64,000 bases of DNA from a virus (IMGVR_UViG_3300032030_000015:1-64000), one strand, 5' to 3'. Positions 38,302 to 48,687 are shown, counted from the stretch's first letter. The notes: a model not told the origin generated them from the sequence alone. Made by a program: numbers and translations.

Positions 38302-38330
38302 GGCGTTGGTCCAGATGGCACCCAAAAACG

Positions 38331-38930
38331 TCATTTCAGACGTTTTTGCCTCCTTTGCCATTCCCGCCTGATCGCCGGCACATGGATGTCATCGGTACCG
38401 TTCGCCTGGCAGAAGGCCTCAATCATATCCTGCTGGGCGTACTTCTCGCCACGGTGCTGCCGGGCATACTCCTGGGCGTAGTCGCTCACGGCCTGCCAGA
38501 ACGCCTCTCTCAGCAGCCGCTGCATGGCCACGGCCTGCTTGTGGGTGAAGCACGTGTCCTGGCTCCAGGGACGCAGTACGCCGTCCTCCGTCACCGCGTT
38601 CTTCGGGCACTCGATGGGCACGTACAGCCCGAGCACGTCCTTGGTCAGCCCATACTCACGTTCCACCGCCGCCGCGTCGTAGCGCATGCCGGCGTCGATG
38701 GCGTTGCGCAGTGCAGCCGACATCACCGTGCCCACGTCCGTAGCCGCCAGCGCCGTGTTGTCCGTCGTCTCCATGCGCAGCACGTCCCTGGCACCGTCCA
38801 GGTGCTGCACCGTTACCACCTTCTTCTCCCTGATTGTCATCCCGCCTCCAAGCTCTCTCTGAATCCACCCGTGCATAAAGTCCGTCACCCTCAGCCACGT
38901 TACGGGTGGTGGCTCGTAGGTCCTTTCCAT
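38331..38930 (-). CDS. hypothetical protein
   Basis: Start MERTYE at 38930, just downstream of TACCTTTG (38940-38947, minus). Confidence 0.65.
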   Translation of the reverse strand: MERTYEPPPVTWLRVTDFMHGWIQRELGGGMTIREKKVVTVQHLDGARDVLRMETTDNTALAATDVGTVMSAALRNAIDAGMRYDAAAVEREYGLTKDVLGLYVPIECPKNAVTEDGVLRPWSQDTCFTHKQAVAMQRLLREAFWQAVSDYAQEYARQHRGEKYAQQDMIEAFCQANGTDDIHVPAIRREWQRRQKRLK

Positions 38931-39699
38931 AACAGGGGACAAAGGTACGAATAAGCGAGCAAAAAACCAAATATTTATTTGAGTTTTTTCGAGCGTGAGT
39001 ATCTTCGACCGTAGGTCAGAGGTACACATTTTCCCGCAGAAAACCGCCATCATCCGTGATAATTCGTGTTAAAAACCGCCCTGACTGCCGAAGCCTCGTT
39101 TTCATCGTTTTCATCATTTTCATTGGATTTTCATATCTGTGTAAAAGCCATGAAAGGATTTTCAATTTGTAACCGATTGAAAATCAATGTGTTGAAAATC
39201 GAGTGCGCTCTGTTTTCATAAAATGCGCTATTTTCACCGAAACTTTTCTCTTATAAAAAATCACACTTTTAACTACATTCACACGGCAAACTCCCCGAAC
39301 CCCACTAAGAGAGAAATAGGATTTGAAAATAAGAAAAGAAGTTGATTATCAATAACTTACGTATATAGTATAGTATTACGTTGTCGTTTTTCAATTAAAA
39401 TTTTACTATAAAAATATATGAAGTATGAAAAATCAGCGCAAATTTAGCGCGAAATCGGCGCTTCGAGGTGGTGTAACAAATTGAATATTAGCACGTTACA
39501 AAATCCAGAACAGCGCATTTTGCGCCATCATTCTCTAAACTGCCAACTACAAAGCGAAAATTTTTCGCCCTCGCGAAACGCCCTGTACATCGTGGTTTCC
39601 GCGCAATCCGCCGCCAACTACACAGGACACCCGCCTCAATGAAAGCGAGCGCACGCTTGGCAGTCTCAGAAAATCTTCGTACCTTTGCAGCGGTTTTAT

Positions 39700-39775
39700 G
39701 AGATAAACCGCTGCGAGTCTGCTCACGCTCGGAAGAGTCGATGCAAGCATCACTCTCCGCTCGCTTAACCGCAGC
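39700..39775 (-). repeat. dispersed palindromic element (intergenic copy)
   Basis: GCTGCGGTTAAGCGAGCGGAGAGTGATGCTTGCATC...CCGAGCGTGAGCAG. Confidence 0.7.
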
Positions 39776-40175
39776 CTTGCACCCATCGCTCTTTCAAACA
39801 TTGCCATAAGTATTTGATGATACCCCTGCGCTGGCACGCTGGATGTTGCACTCGATCATACTCCAGTGCCTGAGCGCGGGGCCCCATTCGGGGCAGTTCC
39901 CCTTCACCCTAAAACGGCAGGTATCCCGCCGCACCACCAACCCTGCCGTCTGTCCCGAACCCTAAACCCGTTGAACCGGTTGTTCGTGTTCTGTGCGTTC
40001 ACACGCCGTCAGAGAACACTGCCGCGCCGACCTCACCGTCCGCGCACCCCCACGATCCCTTCGTTGTAGCTTTCGATTGGTTCGTGGGGATTTTTATGTC
40101 CTTAAACTAAAACAATCCGCACCATTGCCCTTGCGCCCGTCGCCGCGAATGCGTATATTGCGCCTATAATCATTT

Positions 40176-40895
40176 ATGTATAGGCGTATGATCCACAATT
40201 ATTTCGACCCAAGCGACCCTATGGGGATGTACTACAACCCCATGCCGGAGCACATGACCGACCGCGAGCGCGACAAGTATCTGCGTCAGAGCCTGCGGAT
40301 GGCTGTAAAAACTATTATCGGCTTCGTTGCAGCTCTGGCCGCCTTCGCCGTCCTCAGTCTGCTGACCAGTTGCACACCTCAGAAGATAATCTCCAGCGAC
40401 GTGACCGACCACCGTATCACCGACATGCTGCAGCGCATGGACTCGCTGATGGCGACGCGCACCGTCGTGCAGCAGGACTCGGCATGGCGCGAGACCATCC
40501 TGAAGCAGTTCCAGAGCATCCGCGAGAAGAGCGACACCAGTCACAGCGTCACGCTCAGTGCTTCCGGCGACACCATCCGCGAGAAGATCATCATCAACAA
40601 TGTACGCGAGACGACCAGCGAGACCGACCGCCACGAGCGCGAGGTGATGATGCACCGCCTGGAGGTGATGGACTCGACCATGAACATCATGCGACAGCAG
40701 ATAGCGCACTCCGACTCCCTGCTGCAGCAGCAGAAGCAGACGGAAATCAAGGAGGTGCCGAAGCCGCTCTCCTGGTGGCAGCAGATGCAGCTGTGGCTTG
40801 GCCGTCTGGTGCTCGTCGCCCTCGCCGTCTGTGCCGGGTGGTGGATCGTGAAGAAGCGCACATGGTGGCTCGCCCTGCTGAAGAAATTCGTATAA
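40176..40895 (+). CDS. lipoprotein with C-terminal TM helix (u-spanin-like)
   Basis: Hydrophobic helix with LLTSC lipobox, coiled coil, PLSWWQQ plus TM segment. Confidence 0.6.
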   Translation: MYRRMIHNYFDPSDPMGMYYNPMPEHMTDRERDKYLRQSLRMAVKTIIGFVAALAAFAVLSLLTSCTPQKIISSDVTDHRITDMLQRMDSLMATRTVVQQDSAWRETILKQFQSIREKSDTSHSVTLSASGDTIREKIIINNVRETTSETDRHEREVMMHRLEVMDSTMNIMRQQIAHSDSLLQQQKQTEIKEVPKPLSWWQQMQLWLGRLVLVALAVCAGWWIVKKRTWWLALLKKFV

Positions 40896-40913
40896 TTCGT
40901 ATAATTCGTAGTT

Positions 40914-41234
40914 ATGACAAAGGTATTAGTATTAAGTGAACTGCGGCGGGTGGCGGAGCGGACGCGGATGGTGAAGGCCCGTGTGCCGGACGGTCGTGGC
41001 GGCTTCGTGGTGAGGGAGGTTCAGGAGCGCATCCCTTGGCGCGTGTGGTATGTGGCTGCCTCTAATGGCGACATGATCCTGGGGGAGGAGTGTGTGACTT
41101 TATCGGTGGATGTGCCGCCGAACTGCCCCGGGGCTTATCCCTCGCGCTTAGTCCAATTCACCAGCAGCGGGGCCACAAGGCGACTGCGAGATGTCTGCAT
41201 CCTCCGCGCCGATGACTTCGACCTGATAGTCTGA
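40914..41234 (+). CDS. hypothetical protein
   Basis: ORF downstream of spanin-like gene. Confidence 0.55.
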   Translation: MTKVLVLSELRRVAERTRMVKARVPDGRGGFVVREVQERIPWRVWYVAASNGDMILGEECVTLSVDVPPNCPGAYPSRLVQFTSSGATRRLRDVCILRADDFDLIV

Positions 41235-41252
41235 TATGGGGTGGTCGTCGCA

Positions 41253-41295
41253 GGCTCCTCAAAATTATCCGAAAATTATTCTGAAAATTATTCAA
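41253..41295 (+). repeat. 43-nt sequence with 12-mer AAAATTATTCTG units, exact copy at 51982-52024
   Basis: Direct sequence identity. Confidence 0.8.
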
Positions 41296-41423
41296 TTCCT
41301 GTAATTCGTAGTTGGAAGACAAAAGAAATTTTCAGCCAAATTTTCAGTAAATTTCGAGCGAAGCGACCCAGTGAGGACAGAATCATCAAAAAAGTAACAC
41401 AGTTATAACGAAGATTAACTTTT

Positions 41424-41493
41424 CGATTAAGCGAGGGGGGGCGATGCTTGCATCAGGTCCTCCGAGCGTGAGAAAAGTCGAACGATAGTTCAA
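41424..41493 (+). repeat. dispersed palindromic element (intergenic copy)
   Basis: CGATTAAGCGAGGG...GATGCTTGCATC...CCGAGCGTGAG. Confidence 0.7.
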
Positions 41494-41515
41494 CAATTAA
41501 AATTTCAGAATAGTT

Positions 41516-41968
41516 ATGTCACAAAACAGTTTAACCCGCATGGCGCGGAAGATATCGAAGCGCAGCGGCATTGCCCTGCCGACGGTGGAGGAGGTGCTGA
41601 AGGCGTCGTTCGACGAATGGCGCCAGGAGTTGACCGAGGGCTCCGGCATCGTGGTGGTCGAGTCGTTCGGAACGATGAGCGTGAAGGAGGTGCCCGCCCG
41701 CTCTTACCACTACTACCGCCCGGAGAAAGGTATCGACCGAATGGTTCCGCTGCCAGCCAAACGGACGCTGAAGTTCACGCCCACGCGCAACATGCGCCGC
41801 GAGCTGGAGCAGCGGCGATTCGACCCTACGCGCAAGGCCTTCTTCCGTCATCCCGACGATCCGCGCAACCGCTACAGTAGTCAGTCGAAGTATAAGAAAC
41901 TGACCAAGCATGTCGCCAAGCTCGGCCAGATAAAATACGAGCGAACGACCTCGGATGACACGGATTAA
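41516..41968 (+). CDS. HU/IHF family DNA-binding protein
   Basis: ISKRSGI...VVESFGTMSVKEVPAR...PAKRTLKFTP. Confidence 0.8.
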   Translation: MSQNSLTRMARKISKRSGIALPTVEEVLKASFDEWRQELTEGSGIVVVESFGTMSVKEVPARSYHYYRPEKGIDRMVPLPAKRTLKFTPTRNMRRELEQRRFDPTRKAFFRHPDDPRNRYSSQSKYKKLTKHVAKLGQIKYERTTSDDTD

Positions 41969-42125
41969 ACGGATTTAGGGCAAAGTGCCCAAAAAAGTAA
42001 CAACATCTTAACAAAGTTTCACAATTTGTTTTCGCGTCACCGACACCCCCGAAATATTGCGCTTAGAGTAGTTCTCGGAAAAATTAGAGTAGTTTTCAAA
42101 TTCACAAACACAAAACATTAGCATC

Positions 42126-42647
42126 ATGGCATTAAGAGCTTATTTATCACAGAATGAGTCCAACGACAAGGTTGGCGTAGTAGGTAACTGGTATCTCCGC
42201 GCAGACAACATGCCGCCCATCGGACTGACCGACGTGGCGAAGCTGATCAAGGAGCACAACATCGGCGTCAGCGAGGGAACCATCATCGGCGTACTGACCG
42301 ACCTGGTGGACGTGGTGCGCACGCAGGTTCTGATGGGTCAGCCGGTGAAGATCGACGGCCTGGCCATCTTCAAGGCCAGCATCGAGAACAAGGGAGGCTG
42401 GGCCAACCTGAAGGACGTCTCGCTGCACATCGGCGGCGAGAACGACAACGTGCAGGCCATCCGACTGCTGGCCCAGGCCACTGGCGACTTCACCCGCGCC
42501 GAACTCTCGAAGGACGGCAAACTGGTGCTCGACCGCGCCAGCGCCAAACTGGTTAAGGATGCCGGCGGCACCGTTGACAGCGACGACAACGGCGGCGGCG
42601 ACAACGGCGGCGACACTGGCGGCGGCGACAACGGCGACAATGAGTAA
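42126..42647 (+). CDS. Bacteroidetes HU-related DNA-binding protein
   Basis: GVLTDLVDVVRTQVLMGQPVKIDGLAIFKASI; GGGDNGDNE tail. Confidence 0.75.
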   Translation: MALRAYLSQNESNDKVGVVGNWYLRADNMPPIGLTDVAKLIKEHNIGVSEGTIIGVLTDLVDVVRTQVLMGQPVKIDGLAIFKASIENKGGWANLKDVSLHIGGENDNVQAIRLLAQATGDFTRAELSKDGKLVLDRASAKLVKDAGGTVDSDDNGGGDNGGDTGGGDNGDNE

Positions 42648-42723
42648 TCGACCTCTTCAGGAACTATCGCGGCAATGTAGTAGGTGGCGGACTACATCCT
42701 GAAGAGACAACAATCCAAAAACA

Positions 42724-42755
42724 GGAGGCTTATCACGGGGAGCCTCCGTTTTTTT
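42724..42755 (+). terminator. intrinsic terminator
   Basis: GGAGGCT/AGCCTCC stem plus T7. Confidence 0.7.
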
Positions 42756-42872
42756 ATATAATGTACGCATGAAAAAGGTTTGCAGAAAAACACTAAAAAA
42801 GAGTTAAAAAGTTTGGTAGTTTGCAGAAAAACACTTATCTTTGCACCCAGAAACAATAAAGAGCTACACAGT

Positions 42873-43394
42873 ATGGATAAGATTAAGGTATCACAGGACG
42901 AGTTAAGAACCTTCTTAGAGGGGAACTTCTTCATCCGCGCCGCCCTCGCCAAGAAGATGGGGGTGAGCGAGGGCATCGTGGGCAACTGCTTCACCCACAC
43001 GCTGAACCGCCACGGCAAGCCGCTGAGCTTCTCGAAGCGGAACATAGAGCTGATGAACACGGCGCTGCAGCAGATAGCCGAGGAACTGAGCATGTGCAAA
43101 CTGAAGTGCAGCAACGAAGAGGAAGCGGCCACCCGCCGTTTCATCAACGACGATCCCGCCATCCTCGAGGGCCTGCGCCGGATAAGTGAATACATCAAAC
43201 TGAGGGGCTTTACGGCGAAGGTGCTGGGGTGGGGCACCAGGAAGTGCGAGAGCAATATCAACCTGAAGCCGTCGGCTCCGCATGTACATATCACTAAGGA
43301 GGAGATAGGGCGCATCAACACCGAACTGATGGTGGTTGCCAGTACGCTGGCTGGCTGGGAGGTGGTGGCCGACAAGGATGGCGATAACGACTAA
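42873..43394 (+). CDS. putative DNA-binding regulator (HTH-like)
   Basis: AALAKKMGVSEGIV; own promoter TATCTTTG at 42836; ATG at 42873. Confidence 0.55.
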   Translation: MDKIKVSQDELRTFLEGNFFIRAALAKKMGVSEGIVGNCFTHTLNRHGKPLSFSKRNIELMNTALQQIAEELSMCKLKCSNEEEAATRRFINDDPAILEGLRRISEYIKLRGFTAKVLGWGTRKCESNINLKPSAPHVHITKEEIGRINTELMVVASTLAGWEVVADKDGDND

Positions 43395-43861
43395 ATAAAA
43401 GTTTACACACTGGTGAGAACCTTTTAACAAATGAAATGTTAATGTTTAACACTTACGAATTTAACACTTTAACAAATTAAATGTTAATCAGCGGCAGAAA
43501 TTAACAATATATACTTTTATATATTCAAATAAATAATTAAGCAAGCGAGGTGCGGGATTCTTAAAAACCTCGTTTGTTTTTTATTTGCAACCAATTAAAA
43601 GCATAACATTACGCAATCATTTTCTTTTTTTTTGATTCATTCATGCGCGAAAGCCTGCGCCTCGCTGGCCGGCGGGTCGGGTGTGTGGTGCGTTCTGGGT
43701 GCTTGCATATATGCAAAGGAACACCCGAACATGATGCAGCACCCCGAACAGGTGTTGCACCTGTTGAACAGCAAAACACCCCGAAAAACACCCGAAAACA
43801 GGTGTTTTTTGTAAAAAAAGTGGAAAAGTTTAGTGAAAAACACAATTTTTTTGCGAAAATG

Positions 43862-43893
43862 TTTGGAGGTTTAGAGAAAAACACCTAAATTTG
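43862..43893 (+). promoter_or_regulatory. Bacteroidetes promoter
   Basis: TTTG ... TAAATTTG. Confidence 0.6.
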
Positions 43894-44213
43894 CACCGTG
43901 TTCCTGTTACAGGGACACAAAACAGAGTTCTTTAACACGGCAACAGCCACGAAAGTTTGATGTTCGTTTTCCTGTTTCAGGAACACCCCGAACACCGACA
44001 AAAACGGCAAAGTAATGAAACGTATCTAATATTTAGTAATGAAACACCGTTCTTTCGTACCTGAAACAATTTAATGCAGCACTTTCGTTGCCTGTTGAAA
44101 CGGCAACGTTGAAACAGGGTAATGGCAAGCCTGTTAAATGCAGAGTTCGAAAACATCAGGGAACACCCCTGAATAGATAACATTATTTTTTAACTCATTA
44201 AATCATTACAGTT

Positions 44214-44864
44214 ATGTTTACAGTAAATCAGTACAAAAACGAGAGTGTTAACAACATCAACTTCGAAAACAATGCAGTCGTTCTTCTGTTGCAGAATGTT
44301 GCAAGCAACGGCAACGTAACAATTAAGGTGTTACAGTTTACAGGTTGCAGCGACACAAAACCGACAACAATAGTTAAACACCTGTTGAAGTCGCTGTTAG
44401 CAGAGTTCAACGTTGCAGAAGATTTCAACGACCGTTACAGAATGTTCAAAACAGGTGTTACGGTTAACGGTGTAGAAGAAGAAGTTAGAACAGGAATTCA
44501 GGCAAAACGCAAGTTTTCCCCGTTCTTGAGAACATCAGTTATTTACAAAACTGATAGCAACGGCAAATTGACACACGCTGTTAAATGCGACAACGGTGTT
44601 TTGCTTTCTGATACAGCGTTAAACATCAGAAAAGAACAGTTAGTAACAATGTATGAATACAACAGCGCACAATTTAGAAGTGCACTGCATCATACGGCAA
44701 CGGCTGTTTTAGAACAGTGTTCTTTCTTCACTGCTGTTGAAACAGAGTTCAACAACATTGAAAACGGTTTGTTGAAGTTAGCAGAAGAAGAACAGCAACA
44801 GAAGAAGAACGAACTACAACAGCACGAACAGAAGAAGAACGACAAAAAGCAAAAAGTCGCTTAA
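44214..44864 (+). CDS. hypothetical protein with atypical AT-rich, AACA/TGTT-rich coding
   Basis: 216-aa ORF with A-rich leader. Confidence 0.6.
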   Translation: MFTVNQYKNESVNNINFENNAVVLLLQNVASNGNVTIKVLQFTGCSDTKPTTIVKHLLKSLLAEFNVAEDFNDRYRMFKTGVTVNGVEEEVRTGIQAKRKFSPFLRTSVIYKTDSNGKLTHAVKCDNGVLLSDTALNIRKEQLVTMYEYNSAQFRSALHHTATAVLEQCSFFTAVETEFNNIENGLLKLAEEEQQQKKNELQQHEQKKNDKKQKVA

Positions 44865-44873
44865 TTGTTGTTA

Positions 44874-45345
44874 GCACCCCGAACACCCCTGAAACGGTTT
44901 GAACGCTGTTTCAGGGGTGTTCCCTGTTTTTAGAGTTTTTCCCCGAACAGGGAACACCAAACAGGAACACCCCGAACACCATACAGGGGAACACCCCTGA
45001 ATGATGCATCAGGGAACACGAACAGCACCAAACAGGGGAACACCCCTGAATGATGCAGCACCCCGAACACCGAACACCCCTGAAACGGTTTGAACGCTGT
45101 TTCAGGGGTGTTCCCTGTTTTAGTCGTTTTTCCCCAAACAGGGAACACCGAACAGCACCCCGAACACCATACAGGGGAACACCCCTGAATGATGCATCAG
45201 GGAACACGAACAGCACCAAACAGGGGAACACCCCTGAATGATGCAGCACCCAAAACAGGAACACCCCGAACACCAAACAGGGGAACACCCCTGAATGATG
45301 CATCAGGGGAACACGAACACCAAACAGGGGAACACCCCTGAAACG
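44874..45345. repeat. complex repeat: 191-bp duplication and six CAGGGG-AACA-CCCCTG palindromes
   Basis: 42-nt hairpin at 44881 and 45072; palindromes at 44984, 45033, 45172, 45221, 45278, 45325. Confidence 0.9.
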
Positions 45346-45479
45346 GTGTTCTTTCGTTTTGAAAATTAGTAATTTGCGAAAAACGGTTTTCGGCTTGATA
45401 GGGGATACTATGCCCTATTGCGAACTATTCCGTTGGTCGAATTTATCAGAATACAACAACAAATTAACAGGAAAATAAA

Positions 45480-45758
45480 ATGAAAAATTCAAAGAAGTTG
45501 CAGTCGAAGTGGTACATGAACTATCTGCACACTTTCGACTATTATTGCCGCCTGCGTGAAACTGGCGTGCCTGCGCAGATCGCTTTTGCGCGTGTGAAGA
45601 ACTTTGCAAGACAACAACCTGAATTTTGTCAGGAATGCAAAGACTATCTAACGACGACCATGTTTATGATTATTCGTAGAAAGTTTGGTCGCCCGAACCG
45701 TGCGCCACAGTACATACAGGCGTACTATAAGCGTAAAGCAGACGTTATCGGTTGGTAA
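45480..45758 (+). CDS. hypothetical protein
   Basis: first ORF of right-arm cluster. Confidence 0.55.
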   Translation: MKNSKKLQSKWYMNYLHTFDYYCRLRETGVPAQIAFARVKNFARQQPEFCQECKDYLTTTMFMIIRRKFGRPNRAPQYIQAYYKRKADVIGW

Positions 45759-45893
45759 CGTCTGTTCTATCTCTGCAACGGTTTTTGCTATCATTGTGCG
45801 GAGCGTGCGCTCTGGCTTGATAGCAAGAACTGTGTCTAATCGGTTGCAGTTGCAACCATCGAACAAACAGTTAACAGCAAAAATTATATCTAT

Positions 45894-46748
45894 ATGACAA
45901 CAAAAAAATTCGATGAGTTTGTGATGTCTATTTGCAAGCCTCGTGGTATTGTGCCCAGTCGTGACGAGTGGGCACGTATGCACGAACTGCGCGCGCACCA
46001 TGTGTGCTTCGCTATCGTGCTGGCGCGTGTTCGGAAACACAGGTATGTCCAGATTGTGCCCGAACGCGAGGATCTTCACGGCTATGCCCGTATGCTCAGT
46101 GTCCAGCTGAGGATGGGGAATGCTGTGCTCTATTGTGGCTATTACAGGCCGGAGACTGTAACCTATGAGGAGGAGGACTTTTCTCCTAAAAAGCGTTGGA
46201 TGGTGTGGAGTTGGTTCTATGAGCAGAACCCAAAGGTCATGCGTGCGCTATCACTGGCGCGTGAACGTGCGGAGCTGGCTAACCCTGCGCTTGTGGACTA
46301 TGAGACCTATACGCGCAAGGACGGGAGTACGGGCGAGAGGGTGATACACCATACTACGCTGAACAGCTATTGGGATGCAGCGGGTGTCATCGCTGACAAG
46401 AAACGTGCGTTCTCGGATGCTGCTACGGAGTTCGGAGTGTGTCCGGACAAACGGACTATCGAGGACATGCAGGAGCGCGTGCGCATCTGCTCGCTGGCTT
46501 CATGGGGTGACGACTATCAGGCCATCGTGCCGGAGAGCAAGCGCCCGAAGCGTGCGCTATTGAGCGTGTGCGAGCCCTACGAGCGCAAGCCCGAAGTGTG
46601 GAGTGCGCCTATCCCCAGGGACAGGTATGCGCCTACGGACTACGAAGCACCGAAAGCGGAAAATCCCTATCGCCGTCGCTGCCCAAACCATGGGTTCCAG
46701 CGCACGGATCATGCGAACCGCGTGATGAACTGGATGGTTGCATTCTGA
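45894..46748 (+). CDS. hypothetical protein
   Basis: 284-aa ORF followed by hairpin at 46789-46816. Confidence 0.65.
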   Translation: MTTKKFDEFVMSICKPRGIVPSRDEWARMHELRAHHVCFAIVLARVRKHRYVQIVPEREDLHGYARMLSVQLRMGNAVLYCGYYRPETVTYEEEDFSPKKRWMVWSWFYEQNPKVMRALSLARERAELANPALVDYETYTRKDGSTGERVIHHTTLNSYWDAAGVIADKKRAFSDAATEFGVCPDKRTIEDMQERVRICSLASWGDDYQAIVPESKRPKRALLSVCEPYERKPEVWSAPIPRDRYAPTDYEAPKAENPYRRRCPNHGFQRTDHANRVMNWMVAF

Positions 46749-46852
46749 CGGATCCTATCTGCCGTTTGGTGGATGACAGGATAACTGTGCCCTGTCGGCT
46801 TGATAGTCGGCAGGGCTTACTATAAACTATCAATTCACAAAAATTATTGCCT

Positions 46853-47071
46853 ATGGGAAAGGATAATGTATGTCTGAGACAGCCACAAAAGTGTCTCACT
46901 GTAGCGTTTCGCAGTCACTATCAGGAGATGCGTGACAATGCGGAGATGACGTACACGCGGCGACAACTGCGTGAACTGCTATACGCTTTCGCCCGCCCGC
47001 TCGTGCCCCTATGGGACGAGAAGGAGCTGTACGAGAGCGTCGACGAGTTTCTGGACGGGATGGAGCAATAG
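46853..47071 (+). CDS. hypothetical protein
   Basis: ORF with A-rich leader. Confidence 0.55.
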   Translation: MGKDNVCLRQPQKCLTVAFRSHYQEMRDNAEMTYTRRQLRELLYAFARPLVPLWDEKELYESVDEFLDGMEQ

Positions 47072-47146
47072 CTCTGTCCTGTCCTGCGCTCTGACTATCC
47101 GACGGGATAACTATGCCCGGACTATCGCAGAAAAATCGAAAGAAAA

Positions 47147-47416
47147 ATGCAAAAAAATACTATCAACTTTCAGGGTGTGGACTATCCTGTGCGCACCCTC
47201 GACATACGCGGCATCCACTCGTATGAAGACGAGTGCTATGCCGGCGTAAAGGTAGCCGACACGTCGCTATTGCTGGCTCTTGGCAGCGACGACTGTTCCG
47301 ACTGGAGCAAGGAAGCAACGGCTATCGACGAACAAATATTCTTCTACTTCTCGCCCGGACAGCTCGCAAAGTGTTCGGACAAAGAGCTTATCGAGGAGCT
47401 GGAAGTGTGTCTATAA
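47147..47416 (+). CDS. hypothetical protein
   Basis: ORF in cluster. Confidence 0.65.
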   Translation: MQKNTINFQGVDYPVRTLDIRGIHSYEDECYAGVKVADTSLLLALGSDDCSDWSKEATAIDEQIFFYFSPGQLAKCSDKELIEELEVCL

Positions 47417-47447
47417 ACAAAACTAAAAAAATTCGGAGGACAAACGT

Positions 47448-47801
47448 ATGAAGACTTTTCTGAAAATGATTGTGGCCGCTATCGTGGCCGTAGGTATGGC
47501 GTGTGTGGCTATTGCCAACGACGCAAGTGATAACGTGGTTATCGTGACCCTGTTTGCGACGGGTATCGCCGTGAGTGCGCTGCTGGGCGTGTACGACATG
47601 CCCGCTGAGCGCACGAAGCACGACTCTATCCGCCCCCAGCGGCGAGACTACGGCCAGGCGGCTGTATTCGTGGGCACGGCGTGCTTGCTTATCGGCACAC
47701 CGCAGGAGTGCGACGACATCGCGGACGACCTGTGGCACCACGGCCAGCAGGCCCGCGTGGAGCGGCTGACGGGCGAGGAGACACAGTTCGACGTGATGTA
47801 A
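47448..47801 (+). CDS. two-TM membrane protein
   Basis: two N-terminal hydrophobic helices. Confidence 0.6.
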   Translation: MKTFLKMIVAAIVAVGMACVAIANDASDNVVIVTLFATGIAVSALLGVYDMPAERTKHDSIRPQRRDYGQAAVFVGTACLLIGTPQECDDIADDLWHHGQQARVERLTGEETQFDVM

Positions 47802-47833
47802 GCGACTATTCGGGTCGGTCTATCGGGCAGAAT

Positions 47834-47910
47834 GCTGCGATTAAGCGAGGGCAGAGTGATGCTTGCATCGACTATGCTGAGCGTGAGCAGGCTCGAAACG
47901 CAGTTTCAAA
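47834..47910 (+). repeat. dispersed palindromic element (intergenic copy)
   Basis: GCTGCGATTAAGCGAGGGCAGAGTGATGCTTGCATC...GAGCGTGAGCAGGCTCG. Confidence 0.75.
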
Positions 47911-47957
47911 TTTACTGAAAATTATACTGAAAATTAAACATCAAAATCAAAACAACT

Positions 47958-48155
47958 ATGGCAACAAAGAGTATGGCAAGCACCGCCAAGAAGAGTGCAA
48001 AGATCGTGAGCATGGCAGCAGCAATGGCTGCAAGTATGGGACTATCGGGCGACGACGTGAGGGCAGCCGAGTGCGCCTTCGCCGACATGGCAGCCGAGTA
48101 CGGCCAGCACGCCGTCATCGTGAGCATGAACCCCTTCGGCGGGCTTATCGCGTAA
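47958..48155 (+). CDS. small hypothetical protein
   Basis: ORF with ACTATG start context. Confidence 0.6.
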   Translation: MATKSMASTAKKSAKIVSMAAAMAASMGLSGDDVRAAECAFADMAAEYGQHAVIVSMNPFGGLIA

Positions 48156-48172
48156 AGTAGGGAGGACTGACT

Positions 48173-48436
48173 ATGGCAAAGTTTGATATGGGCGGATTCA
48201 TCCGCGAGTGCTATCTGCGCTCGGAGCCGAGCGTGGACCTGGACGAGGTGACAAGCGACAACCCTATCAGTTGCAGCGACCATCGGCTGAGTGTGGAGAA
48301 CTATCACGCTATCTGCGTGGACTATGGGCTTGAGGACAAGGACGGCAATACGCTTGACCACGACCGCCTCTGTGGGTGTAACATGTGGATGCTGCAGAGC
48401 GGTCCGCAACTGTATGACAACAATAAAGCAGCATGA
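48173..48436 (+). CDS. hypothetical protein (ends KAA)
   Basis: GACTATG start. Confidence 0.65.
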   Translation: MAKFDMGGFIRECYLRSEPSVDLDEVTSDNPISCSDHRLSVENYHAICVDYGLEDKDGNTLDHDRLCGCNMWMLQSGPQLYDNNKAA

Positions 48437-48666
48437 CTATGGAACAGCCGATAAACGTGGACGATATGTCCATCAGGCAGATTAACGCCTATTTCCGCAG
48501 GAACGACGACAGCCGCCTGTGGCCTATCTGCGGCCGCTTCAATGCGACCGAGCGAGCTATCCGCCGCATCCGCCGTGCCCGTAGGCAGGGGATGTGCGTG
48601 AGCCCTGGACTTGAGTACTATCTGACTCTCGAAAACGAGATAACTGAAATCGTAAATGCAGCGTAA
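48433..48666 (+). CDS. hypothetical protein (ends NAA)
   Basis: ATGA overlap with upstream gene. Confidence 0.6.
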   Translation: MTMEQPINVDDMSIRQINAYFRRNDDSRLWPICGRFNATERAIRRIRRARRQGMCVSPGLEYYLTLENEITEIVNAA

Positions 48667-48687
48667 AAACAAAAATCAGAAACAATT

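Noticed and set aside
44874-45345. CRISPR array
   Set aside because: Sequences between the palindromes are themselves repeats rather than unique spacers, and spacing is irregular.
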